A program made the translations under genes and the position numbers. From a virus (lineage: Duplodnaviria; Heunggongvirae; Uroviricota; Caudoviricetes), in IMG/VR virus record IMGVR_UViG_2713897055_000004: 16,767 nucleotides of DNA; one strand, written 5' to 3'. Positions 8,111 to 15,918 of the stretch are shown here, one piece after another. Position 1 is the stretch's first letter. Each line of letters begins with the position of its first letter. Under the pieces are notes generated by a model. It did not search any database. It saw only the letters and a list, made by a program, of their open reading frames with translations, and was not told the DNA's origin.

Positions 8111-9013
8111 AGTGCCTCCTGTATCATGAGTGTTCAGCGCCGCAGCCATCACGCTGATGGCATCCGACGCATTGATTAATTCATCCGCCAGTCCGGCCTT
8201 AATAGCGGACTGACCTTCAAAAACGGCAGCCTCTGTCCCCGTGACAGCTTCCACAGACAGCCCCGTATACATCGCCACTTTTTCGGCAAACATCCGGTGC
8301 GCCGCATCAACCCGCTGCTGCATGTCCTGACGCACCTCTGCCGGTAAGGCTTCAAACTGATTGCCATCCACCTTGTGCGCCCCGGCATAAATCAGCGTGA
8401 TATCCACCCCGGCCTGCGCCAGATGACCGGCATAGCTGACATGGCTCATCATCACGCCAATGGAGCCGATACGGGATGTCTGGGTAACCAGCCGTCGGGA
8501 GCAGGCCGACGCCAGCAGCATGGCTGCAGAACAGGCCGTGTCATTGCACAGTGCCCAGACCGGCTTCTGCTGCCGGAGGCGGTAAATCATGTCAGCGCAG
8601 TCAAACGCGCCTGCGGCCTGCCCGCCCGGACTGTCAATGTCCAGCAGTACGCCCCGCACCTGGCTATCCGCCATTGCCTGCTGAAGACAGGCGACAATGC
8701 CGTCATAGCCTGTCATTCCGGAAAATGGCCGCATGCCACCCAGCCGGTGCACCAGCGTGCCGGTCACCGGCAGTACAGCAATACCGTTCACCACCCGGTA
8801 AACACGGGCCGGTCGTTTACCTCCGGCCATGTACTCGTCCGTTTCAGCCAGCATTCCGGGAGCATCAAGCTGTACCTGCTGTTGTGGTACCGAAAGACTT
8901 GCTGCCCCCATCTCGCGCCCGAGCGCGCAAAAGAAAACCCGCGCATAGGCGGGCTCCAGAAGCAGTGGTTCATTGAATGCTGCGGCAATAATGTGTGAAA
9001 GATTACGTCTCAC
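7508..9013 (-). CDS. C: Prohead protease/scaffold protein C (S49/ClpP-like), GTG start
   Basis: 501 aa. The N-terminal two thirds match remembered lambda gpC (AFNEPLLLEPAYARVFFCAL, GMTGY.GI, TGSIGVMM.H, ITLIY.G.HKVDGN). The C-terminus carries an extra triplicated motif. The start codon is GTG at 9013 (verified), overlapping the end of B. Confidence 0.9.
   Translation of the reverse strand: MRRNLSHIIAAAFNEPLLLEPAYARVFFCALGREMGAASLSVPQQQVQLDAPGMLAETDEYMAGGKRPARVYRVVNGIAVLPVTGTLVHRLGGMRPFSGMTGYDGIVACLQQAMADSQVRGVLLDIDSPGGQAAGAFDCADMIYRLRQQKPVWALCNDTACSAAMLLASACSRRLVTQTSRIGSIGVMMSHVSYAGHLAQAGVDITLIYAGAHKVDGNQFEALPAEVRQDMQQRVDAAHRMFAEKVAMYTGLSVEAVTGTEAAVFEGQSAIKAGLADELINASDAISVMAAALNTHDTGGTMPQLTATEAAAQENQRVMGILTCQEAKGREQLATMLAGQQGMSIEQARAILAAAAPQQPVASAQSEADRIMACEEAKGREQLAATLAAMPEMTVEKARPILAASPQANAGPSLRDQIMALDEAKGAEAQAEKLAACPGMTVENARAVLAAGSGKAEPVSASTTALFEHFMANHSPAAVRGGVPQTSADGDADVKMLMAMP
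7622..8062 (-). repeat. Three diverged tandem in-frame repeats (about 141-150 bp each) inside the C/Nu3 coding region
   Basis: Protein repeats around EAKGREQLA..LA...(M/L)(S/T)(I/V)E.ARAILAA at residues about 318-364, 371-417 and 418-464. DNA copies are visible near 7730, 7871 and 8021 (for example ttcacgacctttcgcttc versus ttcacgtcctttcgcttc, 150 bp apart). Lambda gpC as I recall it has one copy. Confidence 0.6.
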
Positions 9014-10595
9014 GTGGTGTTGTCTCCTCTTCCGGCCTGCGACTCTCCGCTATCTGCTGCTGATACGCCTGCGCTATCCACACCGGACGTGAGAGTCCGG
9101 CTTTTTCCCGCTCTGCAGATTCCCTGACCTGCTGGCGGAAAATGTCCTGATAATCCTCGCCCATCAGCGCCAGCTCTTTCTCATACGTGCTCAGTCCGGC
9201 CTCAATGCGCATCACTGATTCCTGAACCTCCTTGAGCCCGTCAATGGCCATTCTTCCGGCTCCAATCCACTCAGCCCGTGACCAGGCTGATCGCGCCTGA
9301 TAAAAATCAAAACGTGCCCGTGGCGGACGAATAATCCCCCGAAGAAGTGCCTCTTCCAGCCAGCAGGAAAACATCTGCGTGGCCAGCCGGGACGCAATAA
9401 ATTTTCGCCGCCCCATAAAATAGCGCCACGACTCATTGGCGGATGCGCGGGCACTTGAATAACTGACCTTCGAGTAATCACGGGACAACTGTTCGTAGGA
9501 AACGCCAAGACCGGCGGCGATATACCGCAGCAGCGCCTGTTCAAGCGCCGAAAATCCATTGTCTGAATCCTGCGCGGTCTGTAGTTTCAGATCATCACCG
9601 GGGAAAAGGTGCGGAATTTTGACACCGCCCAGCGTCACGCTATTCGTGTCATACCAGGTGGAGAACTTATCCAGAATATTAATAAGCGGATTATCCTTCT
9701 GCCCCTGCGGCGCACCGGCGATATATTCAAAGGCCTTTTCGGTATCAAGGTCACTTTCAATCGTCGCTGCATACATCGCCTTCACTATGGCCGACTGAAG
9801 CTGTGTTGCCTGCAGGGAATCGAGCATCTTCAGCCGTTCCATTACGCTGTAAAACTGATTGGCCCCACGGGTCTGCCCGTCCTCCACCGGCTCGAAAATA
9901 TGCAGCATGGCCGGACGCCCGGTGGGAAGTTCACGCGGGATCCGTTCCCATCGTCCACTCCCGGAGAACGGAAAATCATCCTCACAGATATGGTACGCAA
10001 CGGCACGACCATATCGATCGACCTCCACACCGGCCCGCAGAAAACGGTTCCCCATACCGTGTCCTGGCGTGTCCACCCGTTTCGGACTCACGGCTTTAAA
10101 ACGCGTACGAAACAGTTGCGTGCTCTCCGTATCCCAGACCGGCTGCACAAAGATTTCGCCGTTAAACGCATGAACGCCCACACCTTCACGGATAAATTCC
10201 GTAAACGTGCGTTTCCCTTCCACGTCGATCTCGCCAAACATCCCTTCGGCGTATTCCGACCAGGCCGCCTCCACCTCATCGACAAAACTTTTTGCCGCAG
10301 TCTCCCGCATCCCCAGCCAGCGCCAGTTCGGACGGTAGCTGATCAGAAACATATGCCCGACAATATGATCCTTATGCAGGGCCACCGCATTAGCCGCTAT
10401 CCCGTTATTGCGCACCAGATCATCTGCCCGGGCATTCCCCAGACGCAACGCAGGCAGCAGGGCTGCATCGGCACTCTGCGCCGGTGGCAACCACTCCGCC
10501 ATTTGCCCGCCAAATCCTGCGCCGCCCCCGTTGTAGCTGAGACTCTCACGAAGCGGAACGCCGTTCACATCAATCAGGACAGGCGTTCGTTTCAT
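9003..10595 (-). CDS. B: Portal protein B
   Basis: 530 aa versus lambda gpB at 533 aa. Extensive collinear identity (GNARADDLVRNNG, FEPVEDGQTRGAN.FYSVME, LQSAIVKAMYAATIES.LDT, LLRYIAAGLGVSYEQLSR, GRMAIDGLKEVQE). Confidence 0.95.
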   Translation of the reverse strand: MKRTPVLIDVNGVPLRESLSYNGGGAGFGGQMAEWLPPAQSADAALLPALRLGNARADDLVRNNGIAANAVALHKDHIVGHMFLISYRPNWRWLGMRETAAKSFVDEVEAAWSEYAEGMFGEIDVEGKRTFTEFIREGVGVHAFNGEIFVQPVWDTESTQLFRTRFKAVSPKRVDTPGHGMGNRFLRAGVEVDRYGRAVAYHICEDDFPFSGSGRWERIPRELPTGRPAMLHIFEPVEDGQTRGANQFYSVMERLKMLDSLQATQLQSAIVKAMYAATIESDLDTEKAFEYIAGAPQGQKDNPLINILDKFSTWYDTNSVTLGGVKIPHLFPGDDLKLQTAQDSDNGFSALEQALLRYIAAGLGVSYEQLSRDYSKVSYSSARASANESWRYFMGRRKFIASRLATQMFSCWLEEALLRGIIRPPRARFDFYQARSAWSRAEWIGAGRMAIDGLKEVQESVMRIEAGLSTYEKELALMGEDYQDIFRQQVRESAEREKAGLSRPVWIAQAYQQQIAESRRPEEETTPRET

Positions 10596-10798
10596 AACCT
10601 CACTCCCAGCGGACGACGGCGACGGCGGGTTGTCCCCAGTACCGACTCCGCATCATTGATCGCACGGTTAAGCTCATCCAGAGAAGCCGCCGTATATTCA
10701 ATTCTGCGACCATCTTTCTGGACAGACACCACCCGTTTACCGGTTAATAAATCAAGGCGCGCCTGACGCAGCGCCTGTAGTTCAGCGACTGTAACCAT
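10592..10798 (-). CDS. W: Head-tail joining protein W
   Basis: 68 aa, same length as lambda gpW. L.TGKRV..VQKDGRR.E(Y/F)TA.S and the C-terminal RRRR matches. Confidence 0.9.
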   Translation of the reverse strand: MVTVAELQALRQARLDLLTGKRVVSVQKDGRRIEYTAASLDELNRAINDAESVLGTTRRRRRPLGVRL

Positions 10799-12710
10799 TC
10801 ACTCCTCCGGACAGCTTCGCTGCCAGTTCTTTAAGGGTTGGCCGGGTCGTCTCTTCTTCCCGGGATTTTGCCAGTACAGCCAGATCAAGCTGCCAGCGTT
10901 GCACGGACACACGTAATGCCGCATAGGCATACACCAGGCAGTCCAGCGCTTCGTTACGCCGCTTTTTGTTATCCCACAGCAGACGCATCTTTCCTTTTTC
11001 CCACTTCTCCACAAGCTCTTCCGCGACCAGTTGCTGCGCCTCTGTCTGCGAAAAAATCTCCGGATCATCAGGAAAACGGATGGCATACGACGTGGCTTCA
11101 TCCGCAGGCGTGGGATCGGCTTTCATACGGGCATAGAGAATTTCTTTTGCGGTGTCCGTCCCCACTTCACACAGATACACGCCCCGCTGATTGCGGGTTT
11201 TCGGCATGGTGATCACCGGCTTGCCATAGACAGATGCGCCTTTTACCGGCAGCACCCGGAAAACACCGTGTTTTTTTGACCTCTGATAGACAATTTCACC
11301 ATCGATCCCCCCGGTGTCCCAGCAGACACGGGAAATGGTCATTTCGGTTCCGTCTGCATGGCAGTATTTTTTGTTGATCGCCGCATCCACACGTAACAGC
11401 GTCTCTTCCTCATCGGGACGGCCCATAATGATGATTTTATCCACCAGAAAAGCTTCCTCTCCCGGTGCCCATCCCCAGACATACATCTCAAAACGGTTTC
11501 GCTGCGAGTCAATGCCCGCCGTCAGATAAACCACCCGGGCAGGCACCGCCGCCGTGTAATGCACGACCTTATCCATCAGTACCTGGTGATCGAGTTTTTC
11601 GCCCACGGCCTCTTCCCAGGTCTCGCCCAGCGTGGTGTTCACAAAGGTTTTCAGGCCGTTGGGATCTTTCAGTGCATCCAGCCAGTCATAGACTATCTGT
11701 ACCCAGGTGGTGAACGGACTGTACGCCGTCCAGATATGGAACGTGATGGAGCGCGGCGGCGGAATTTCATTATCCGCGGCGCTGAAAAACGTCAGACCGT
11801 CACGGGTCCACATCCCCGTGTTTTCACAGATCCACCGCCCGTTGCTCTGGTCAAGCTCAGACTGATGGATCACGCAGCCATGATGTTCACAGAGGTAGAA
11901 AACGCTTTCGGGGCTGTCCTTCTCCCATTTAAGGCCAAAAGGCGTGGATTCATCGCCAAATTTCAGATACTGCTCCTCCCCACAGTGTGGGCAGGGCACA
12001 TAAAAACGCATGAAATGCGCCGACTCGTTGGCCGCTTTTTCGATCTGGCAGGTGCCTTTGATTTTAGGCGTCGAGCCGCGAATGGATTTGGGCCATACAG
12101 AGCCCTCAATACGTTTATCCCCAAGCAGGGTTGGCGAACCCTCTTTTTCGACATCCGGTTCGAACGAGGAAAGTTCGTCATAGCAGACCACGTCCACGGA
12201 TTTTTCACGGTAGTTTTTAGCGGCAGCCCCGCCCAGGCACCAGAAGCCCACGCCCGATGAAAAACGTTTCAGCGTGAGGGTATTATCACGATGTTTACGC
12301 CCAAACCACGGTGCAAGATCGAGTAAAACCGGCACATCCCTGATCGTGGGTTCCACATGAGATTTCATAAAATCTTCAGCAGCAGAATCCGTGGGCTGGA
12401 AAAGAAGGCTGTTGCGTGATTTATGCTCAATAAAATAAGCCTCCACTCCCAGCAACATCTTTGTATAACCAACACGGGCAGATTTAATCAGATTAACAGT
12501 GCGGATCCGGTCATTCCCCATGCTGTTCATGATGGCAACCTGAAACGGCAGTGTTTCCCACCGCCCCGGGGTGTAAGATGACTCTTTCGGAAGGTAATAA
12601 TGTCGATCTGCCCACTGAACTGTCGTCAGAGGGACAGGAATTTTTAGCGCAAGGAGGCCGGTTGCTATCGCTCCTGCAGAATTAGCCGCCCTCAGTTCGT
12701 CTGAAATCAT
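10782..12710 (-). CDS. A: Terminase large subunit A (start taken at the ATG at 12710)
   Basis: Near end-to-end collinearity with remembered lambda gpA ([43 protein letters not shown]). ATG at 12710 is preceded by AGGTGG and overlaps the Nu1 3' end as in lambda. The ORF-track start at 12752 is an upstream alternative codon. Confidence 0.95.
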   Translation of the reverse strand: MISDELRAANSAGAIATGLLALKIPVPLTTVQWADRHYYLPKESSYTPGRWETLPFQVAIMNSMGNDRIRTVNLIKSARVGYTKMLLGVEAYFIEHKSRNSLLFQPTDSAAEDFMKSHVEPTIRDVPVLLDLAPWFGRKHRDNTLTLKRFSSGVGFWCLGGAAAKNYREKSVDVVCYDELSSFEPDVEKEGSPTLLGDKRIEGSVWPKSIRGSTPKIKGTCQIEKAANESAHFMRFYVPCPHCGEEQYLKFGDESTPFGLKWEKDSPESVFYLCEHHGCVIHQSELDQSNGRWICENTGMWTRDGLTFFSAADNEIPPPRSITFHIWTAYSPFTTWVQIVYDWLDALKDPNGLKTFVNTTLGETWEEAVGEKLDHQVLMDKVVHYTAAVPARVVYLTAGIDSQRNRFEMYVWGWAPGEEAFLVDKIIIMGRPDEEETLLRVDAAINKKYCHADGTEMTISRVCWDTGGIDGEIVYQRSKKHGVFRVLPVKGASVYGKPVITMPKTRNQRGVYLCEVGTDTAKEILYARMKADPTPADEATSYAIRFPDDPEIFSQTEAQQLVAEELVEKWEKGKMRLLWDNKKRRNEALDCLVYAYAALRVSVQRWQLDLAVLAKSREEETTRPTLKELAAKLSGGVNGYSR

Positions 12711-13230
12711 CAATCCACCTGCGCACATTCTCACCGGCTTCAGAAGCCACATCGGATGCTTTCGCGATTTCAGTTTTCACAGCATCAAGATGTACGGGTG
12801 ATATATCAGGGTATTTACGCTGCAGTGTCTGAGGGACACGGACAAGGATCCCTGATATATTCTGTGCCACTCGCTGAAAGATGTAGGTAAATAACTCCGT
12901 CTCGAGGACAAGGCCTTCCTCACGAGCATTTTTCAGCTCCTGTGCATCGGCCTGTGCCTTCGTCAGTCGGTAACGTTCGTAATCAATGGTGCCGGGCTGA
13001 AGGTCTGATTCGCTGGCAGCCCTCAAATCCTCGACCTCTTTACGGAGTTTTTCATTTTCAATATCAGCTTCGCGCTGAGCATACCATTCGATCGCCTTCG
13101 CAGAATCAAAGATGACCTCAACACCTTTTCCTCCACCAGATATCTGAGGGAGCCCCTGAGTTTGCCAGCGATCAATAGTACGTATATCGACATTAAAGAT
13201 TTCAGCAAGCTTCTTTTTATTAACATTCAT
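12682..13230 (-). CDS. Nu1: Terminase small subunit Nu1
   Basis: 182 aa versus lambda Nu1 at 181 aa. M.VNKK.LA.IF...IRTI..WQ.QG(L/M)P...GGGKG.EV..DSA..I.WYA.R.A.IENEKLR.EVE.L matches. Located right next to cos. Confidence 0.95.
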   Translation of the reverse strand: MNVNKKKLAEIFNVDIRTIDRWQTQGLPQISGGGKGVEVIFDSAKAIEWYAQREADIENEKLRKEVEDLRAASESDLQPGTIDYERYRLTKAQADAQELKNAREEGLVLETELFTYIFQRVAQNISGILVRVPQTLQRKYPDISPVHLDAVKTEIAKASDVASEAGENVRRWIDDFRRTEGG

Positions 13231-13460
13231 TCAGCAATTCCTTATCAAAAATCAGTTACGACATGAAATGCCAAAAAAGACAGATTTTTCAGCGTTCTGA
13301 TGTCGTTTCTTTCTTGATAATTATTTCTTTAAAAACAATAAGTTAACAACAAGAAGAACTGACATGCTTTTTCCCGAAAAATTTTCATAAATAGCGAAAA
13401 CCCGCGAGGTCGCCGCCCCGTAACGGCCCGGATCGCCGGAAAGGACCCGTAAAATGATAA
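13231..13460 (-). other. cos: cos region (cosB with three R-site-like elements, cosN, cosQ-like flank)
   Basis: Minus-strand sequence GGGCGGCGACCTCGCGGGTTTTCGCTATTTATGAAAAT is identical to the remembered left end of lambda. R-like cores TGTCGT/TGTCAG lie at 13255-13265, 13301-13309 and 13357-13366, with the middle one inverted as in lambda cosB. Upstream flank TTTTACGGGTCCTTTCCGGCGATCCG resembles the lambda right end (cosQ side). Confidence 0.85.
13407..13418 (-). other. cosN: cosN 12-nt cohesive-end sequence (GGGCGGCGACCT on minus strand)
   Basis: Exact 12-mer of the lambda cohesive end, in the expected orientation and distance (about 190 bp) relative to Nu1. Confidence 0.85.
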
Positions 13461-13919
13461 TGGTTATCAGTTGCAACAAAATCCAGTTTCTTCCACCATC
13501 GCACCGGACCAGCGACCATGAGGGGACAACGCCGCGCTCCGTTAACGCGGTAAACCCCGGTGTGTATCGTTTTTGATTATCCCCGCACACTCTCGCAGAG
13601 GAGTCTCCCTGTCGGGCTGCGGTCTCTGTTAATGCAGGAATACGGCGACGATACGGCGCATGGCTATGTCAGGCTGAAATGCCTTTATCCGTTAAAAAGG
13701 ATATCAATTAAGTTATCCCGTGTAGGGTATAAGCCATTGTCGAGACCACTCATTGAATGGTCTCTGCAATAACCGATGTCTTTCCATCAGTCCGCCACCA
13801 CAAAGAATCTTTTTTGCCATAAGGCAGGAGGTTCATCTTTCAGTGGCTGCCAGTGTTATTTCCCCACTTTCTGGCTTGGGTTGTTTCGCTGTACTGCCGT
13901 TAATTGGTGAGTCCGGGGA

Positions 13920-14405
13920 TTATTTCAGTTCGTTACCAGGCATTTCTTTTAGCTCTTTCAAATGACAACGATTGAGGCTAAACCACTCCCCGTGCGACCT
14001 ATAGTTGTAATATTTTTGGTGCAATTTGGTTTCAAGCTCTCTATCGGCCGGAATCTTTGCAATTAGATTTAGCTTCCCACCACTCATGCGAGATATCTCT
14101 GAAATTCGTTTATTAACCCTGCGACTAAACCCTATTTTTGTTAGCCCACTATCTTCAGCATGCAGAACGTACACATATGATTTTTGCGAAGCACTGGGTG
14201 CAACTTTGTTGTAATTAATCATGTCAAACATGAAGCCTTGCTTTAGCAAAGTTTCAAAAAAGATAGAATTAACACACCCATTCCTTCTCAGCTCTGCACT
14301 TAGCTTGTCAATTTCCTCTATGATGTCGCCAGACCCCTTTCCACTTATAAGAAAATCTTGGTACATGCGACCAATTCTTGAGGTAATTTCAACAAAGTTA
14401 TTCAT
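13920..14405 (-). CDS. T5orf172 / GIY-YIG-like domain protein (moron; function unknown)
   Basis: 161-aa ORF with ATG at 14405 and AAGG upstream. The C-terminal half has the pattern YVYVL...GLTKIGFS(R)..N.R...I.......L.......ELE..LHQ.Y...R..GEWF, which I recognise as T5orf172/MUG113 (GIY-YIG-like). The ORF is clearly AT-rich by eye compared with the flanking phage genes. Confidence 0.6.
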   Translation of the reverse strand: MNNFVEITSRIGRMYQDFLISGKGSGDIIEEIDKLSAELRRNGCVNSIFFETLLKQGFMFDMINYNKVAPSASQKSYVYVLHAEDSGLTKIGFSRRVNKRISEISRMSGGKLNLIAKIPADRELETKLHQKYYNYRSHGEWFSLNRCHLKELKEMPGNELK

Positions 14406-14551
14406 AGCGTTTACCTTTTAGAAAGATGAGCCTGTTCGCACAGAAAAGCCGTCCCCGAGATGGTCGCCACCATATACGGCAATTCTCAGGCTCAGCTTTC
14501 TGAAAGACTCGGGATTGTTACGCGCTGCGATGCGCGGTTTACTGCAGATGT

Positions 14552-14577
14552 AAAAAAAAAGCCCCGCATCGCGAGGC
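14552..14577 (-). terminator. Rho-independent terminator downstream of Rz/Rz1
   Basis: Minus-strand RNA GCCUCGC-GAU-GCGGGGC (7-bp stem with one G-U pair) followed immediately by U9. Sits 34 nt after the Rz stop. A separate U8 run directly follows the Rz stop (14603-14610). Confidence 0.65.
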
Positions 14578-14610
14578 TCATTAAATGGACTTTGTGATTT
14601 GCAAAAAAAA

Positions 14611-15054
14611 TTATTTCAGGCATTGCGTCCTGATGTACTCCTGCAGGTAGTTAACCTGCGCGGTTATCCTGTCGATTCCACTTCGGAGACGGTAATAATT
14701 GAGTTCAGCATCTGCTGTAAGTCCTGGGCTTTCTCCATCGCCCATGCTGCTGGCTCCGGTCGTTGACTTTGCACAGGTGGCGGCGACTTGCAGGCGCTTA
14801 CGACCAGCAGAAACATCAGCACGGAGACTTTCGATAGTCGCATTAGCATCAGCAAGCTCCTTTGTGTATCTGGCGTCAAGTTCTGCTACATCACGTTGCC
14901 GCTTCTGCATATCATCGATGATGGATGTGGCTTTATCGCGCTGCTCTTTGTAGGCGATGGCGTTATCACGGTAATGATTCAGCCCCAGACTAAGCACACC
15001 ACAGACCACCAGCAGAATAACGGTAAACGCGGAAATAATTCGGTTTATGCTCAC
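14611..15054 (-). CDS. Rz: Inner-membrane spanin subunit Rz (GTG start at 15054)
   Basis: From the GTG: [41 protein letters not shown]...[22 protein letters not shown], collinear with remembered lambda Rz ([39 protein letters not shown]). The ORF-track start at 15147 is an upstream TTG with an implausible N-terminus. Confidence 0.85.
   Translation of the reverse strand: MSINRIISAFTVILLVVCGVLSLGLNHYRDNAIAYKEQRDKATSIIDDMQKRQRDVAELDARYTKELADANATIESLRADVSAGRKRLQVAATCAKSTTGASSMGDGESPGLTADAELNYYRLRSGIDRITAQVNYLQEYIRTQCLK
14664..14849 (-). CDS. Rz1: Outer-membrane lipoprotein spanin subunit Rz1, embedded in the +1 frame of Rz
   Basis: ATG at 14849 preceded by AAGGAG with a 7-nt spacer. 61-aa product [36 protein letters not shown]... 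has a lipobox-like VSAC and a Pro-rich mature part like lambda Rz1 (60 aa). Entirely nested within Rz. Confidence 0.7.
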   Translation of the reverse strand: MLMRLSKVSVLMFLLVVSACKSPPPVQSQRPEPAAWAMEKAQDLQQMLNSIITVSEVESTG

Positions 15055-15200
15055 CCCACCAGCCCTGCCGAACTCAACGCCATCCAGGCTATGGAAAGAA
15101 AAAGAGCAACCATCATTAGCGAAAATGAAACGCCGACAATCACACAAATGGTCTTTGTCAGCGTTATGATTTTATCCGATATCATTAGCCACCTCTCCAT
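15051..15200 (-). CDS. Small hydrophobic ORF (49 aa; 44 aa from an internal ATG at 15185), possibly a duplicated Rz N-terminal signal-anchor remnant
   Basis: Not in the ORF track because it is under 60 aa. Its ATG overlaps the Ant-like stop (TGATG) and its TGA overlaps the Rz GTG start (GTGA). Product [49 protein letters not shown] has one predicted transmembrane helix. The segment [22 protein letters not shown] resembles the Rz N-terminus [22 protein letters not shown]. Confidence 0.3.
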   Translation of the reverse strand: MERWLMISDKIITLTKTICVIVGVSFSLMMVALFLSIAWMALSSAGLVG

Positions 15201-15772
15201 CAATCCGCCTTTGTTATTTTCCCTTTGCCTGTATCAGCCAGGACAAAATCAATCAGCAGATTCGCTTCGTTTATCAATGTGCGGATTTTTGATACATGCG
15301 CAGCTTTAACCTGTTTCCACTCATTCAGCCCGGTAGCAAACACACTGACAATGTTTTTATCCCGTTGCATGTCAGCGCAAGCCTGATTGAGTTCTTCCAT
15401 CACGCTCATTTGACGAGGATTAACGACAAAACCCTTCGTCCAGTATTCATAGAGAACATCGTCGCACTCTTCCTGATACTGAATGACTCTGTCGCGGATT
15501 TCAGGTTTAACTTTATTTGGGTTGATGGTTTGCAGCCAACCTGCAAGTTTACGTAAAGCAAGACAGATAACCAGACGACGCTGAGTATCACCGGGGAGCT
15601 GAATCATCATTTCGATGATGCAGGTCTTAAATCTCTCTATCAATTTGCGGTGTTGAGACTGCCAGGTCATACCCATTCCCTCAACGACAGGTTTCATGGG
15701 AACGTATGGTTCGCCGTTATGGTTAACCACATAAAGAGAATCGCCGTGAAACGGCACGGTCATCATATTCAT
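15200..15772 (-). CDS. Ant-like protein (P22 antirepressor N-terminal-domain-like), inserted between endolysin and Rz
   Basis: 190-aa ORF with ATG at 15772 preceded by AAGGAA. The N-terminal pattern VPFHGDSLYVV.HNGEPYVPMKPVVEGMGMTWQSQ..KL...F......I......GD.QRR.V.CL.L.KL.GWL.TINP.KVKPEIR is what I recall for the P22_AR_N family. This is a domain-level recollection, not a computed hit. Confidence 0.55.
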   Translation of the reverse strand: MNMMTVPFHGDSLYVVNHNGEPYVPMKPVVEGMGMTWQSQHRKLIERFKTCIIEMMIQLPGDTQRRLVICLALRKLAGWLQTINPNKVKPEIRDRVIQYQEECDDVLYEYWTKGFVVNPRQMSVMEELNQACADMQRDKNIVSVFATGLNEWKQVKAAHVSKIRTLINEANLLIDFVLADTGKGKITKAD

Positions 15773-15788
15773 CGGTTATTTCCTTTTA

Positions 15789-15859
15789 GTGATAACCCCT
15801 GCGCACAGGAATAACCAGCCCAAAGAGGGTTAACCAGACCACTGCCGGTTATCCACCAG
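15789..15859 (-). repeat. Array of four direct repeats with exact 19-bp spacing upstream of the Ant-like gene
   Basis: Minus-strand copies CTGGTGGATAACC, CTGGTTAACC, CTGGTTATTCC and GGGGTTATCAC. The GG(A/T)TA cores start at plus-strand-equivalent offsets exactly 19 bp apart (counted by hand). The array ends about 17 bp before the Ant-like ATG. Confidence 0.4.
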
Positions 15860-15918
15860 GGCTCATCCTGAAAGGTTCTTTGGTTTATTTACGCTTGTGC
15901 GAAGCGCAGAAATGACAA

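Noticed and set aside
7868-8998. Plus-strand ORFs 7868..8101, 7927..8112, 8375..8998 and 8551..8976, plus minus-strand ORFs 8176..8388 and 8788..8988
   Set aside because: Antisense to, or in alternative frames of, the C/Nu3 gene. Products are Arg/Pro-rich and typical of out-of-frame translation.
9212-10766. Plus-strand ORF 9609..10766 (385 aa) and other ORFs overlapping the portal gene
   Set aside because: Long, but entirely antisense to the portal gene B, whose product is collinear with lambda gpB. Composition is Arg/His/Pro-rich and no motif is recognisable.
10799-12260. ORFs overlapping the terminase large subunit gene (for example 11559..12260 plus strand; 10799..11101 and 11963..12208 minus strand)
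   Set aside because: Alternative frames or antisense of gene A, which matches lambda gpA end to end.
13321-13590. Minus-strand ORF of 89 aa spanning cosN
   Set aside because: It runs straight across the cos cleavage site and cosQ/cosB DNA, which is non-coding in lambda. No ribosome-binding site, and the translation is low-complexity.
14026-14421. Plus-strand ORFs 14026..14214 and 14221..14421
   Set aside because: Antisense to the T5orf172-like ORF, which has a recognisable domain motif and a ribosome-binding site. No independent support.
15847-15859. DnaA-box-like sequence TTATCCACC
   Set aside because: One mismatch from the DnaA-box consensus, but it is one unit of the 19-bp repeat array whose other units do not fit the consensus. 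A host replication role in a phage late-gene spacer is unlikely, so it is treated as part of the repeat array only.
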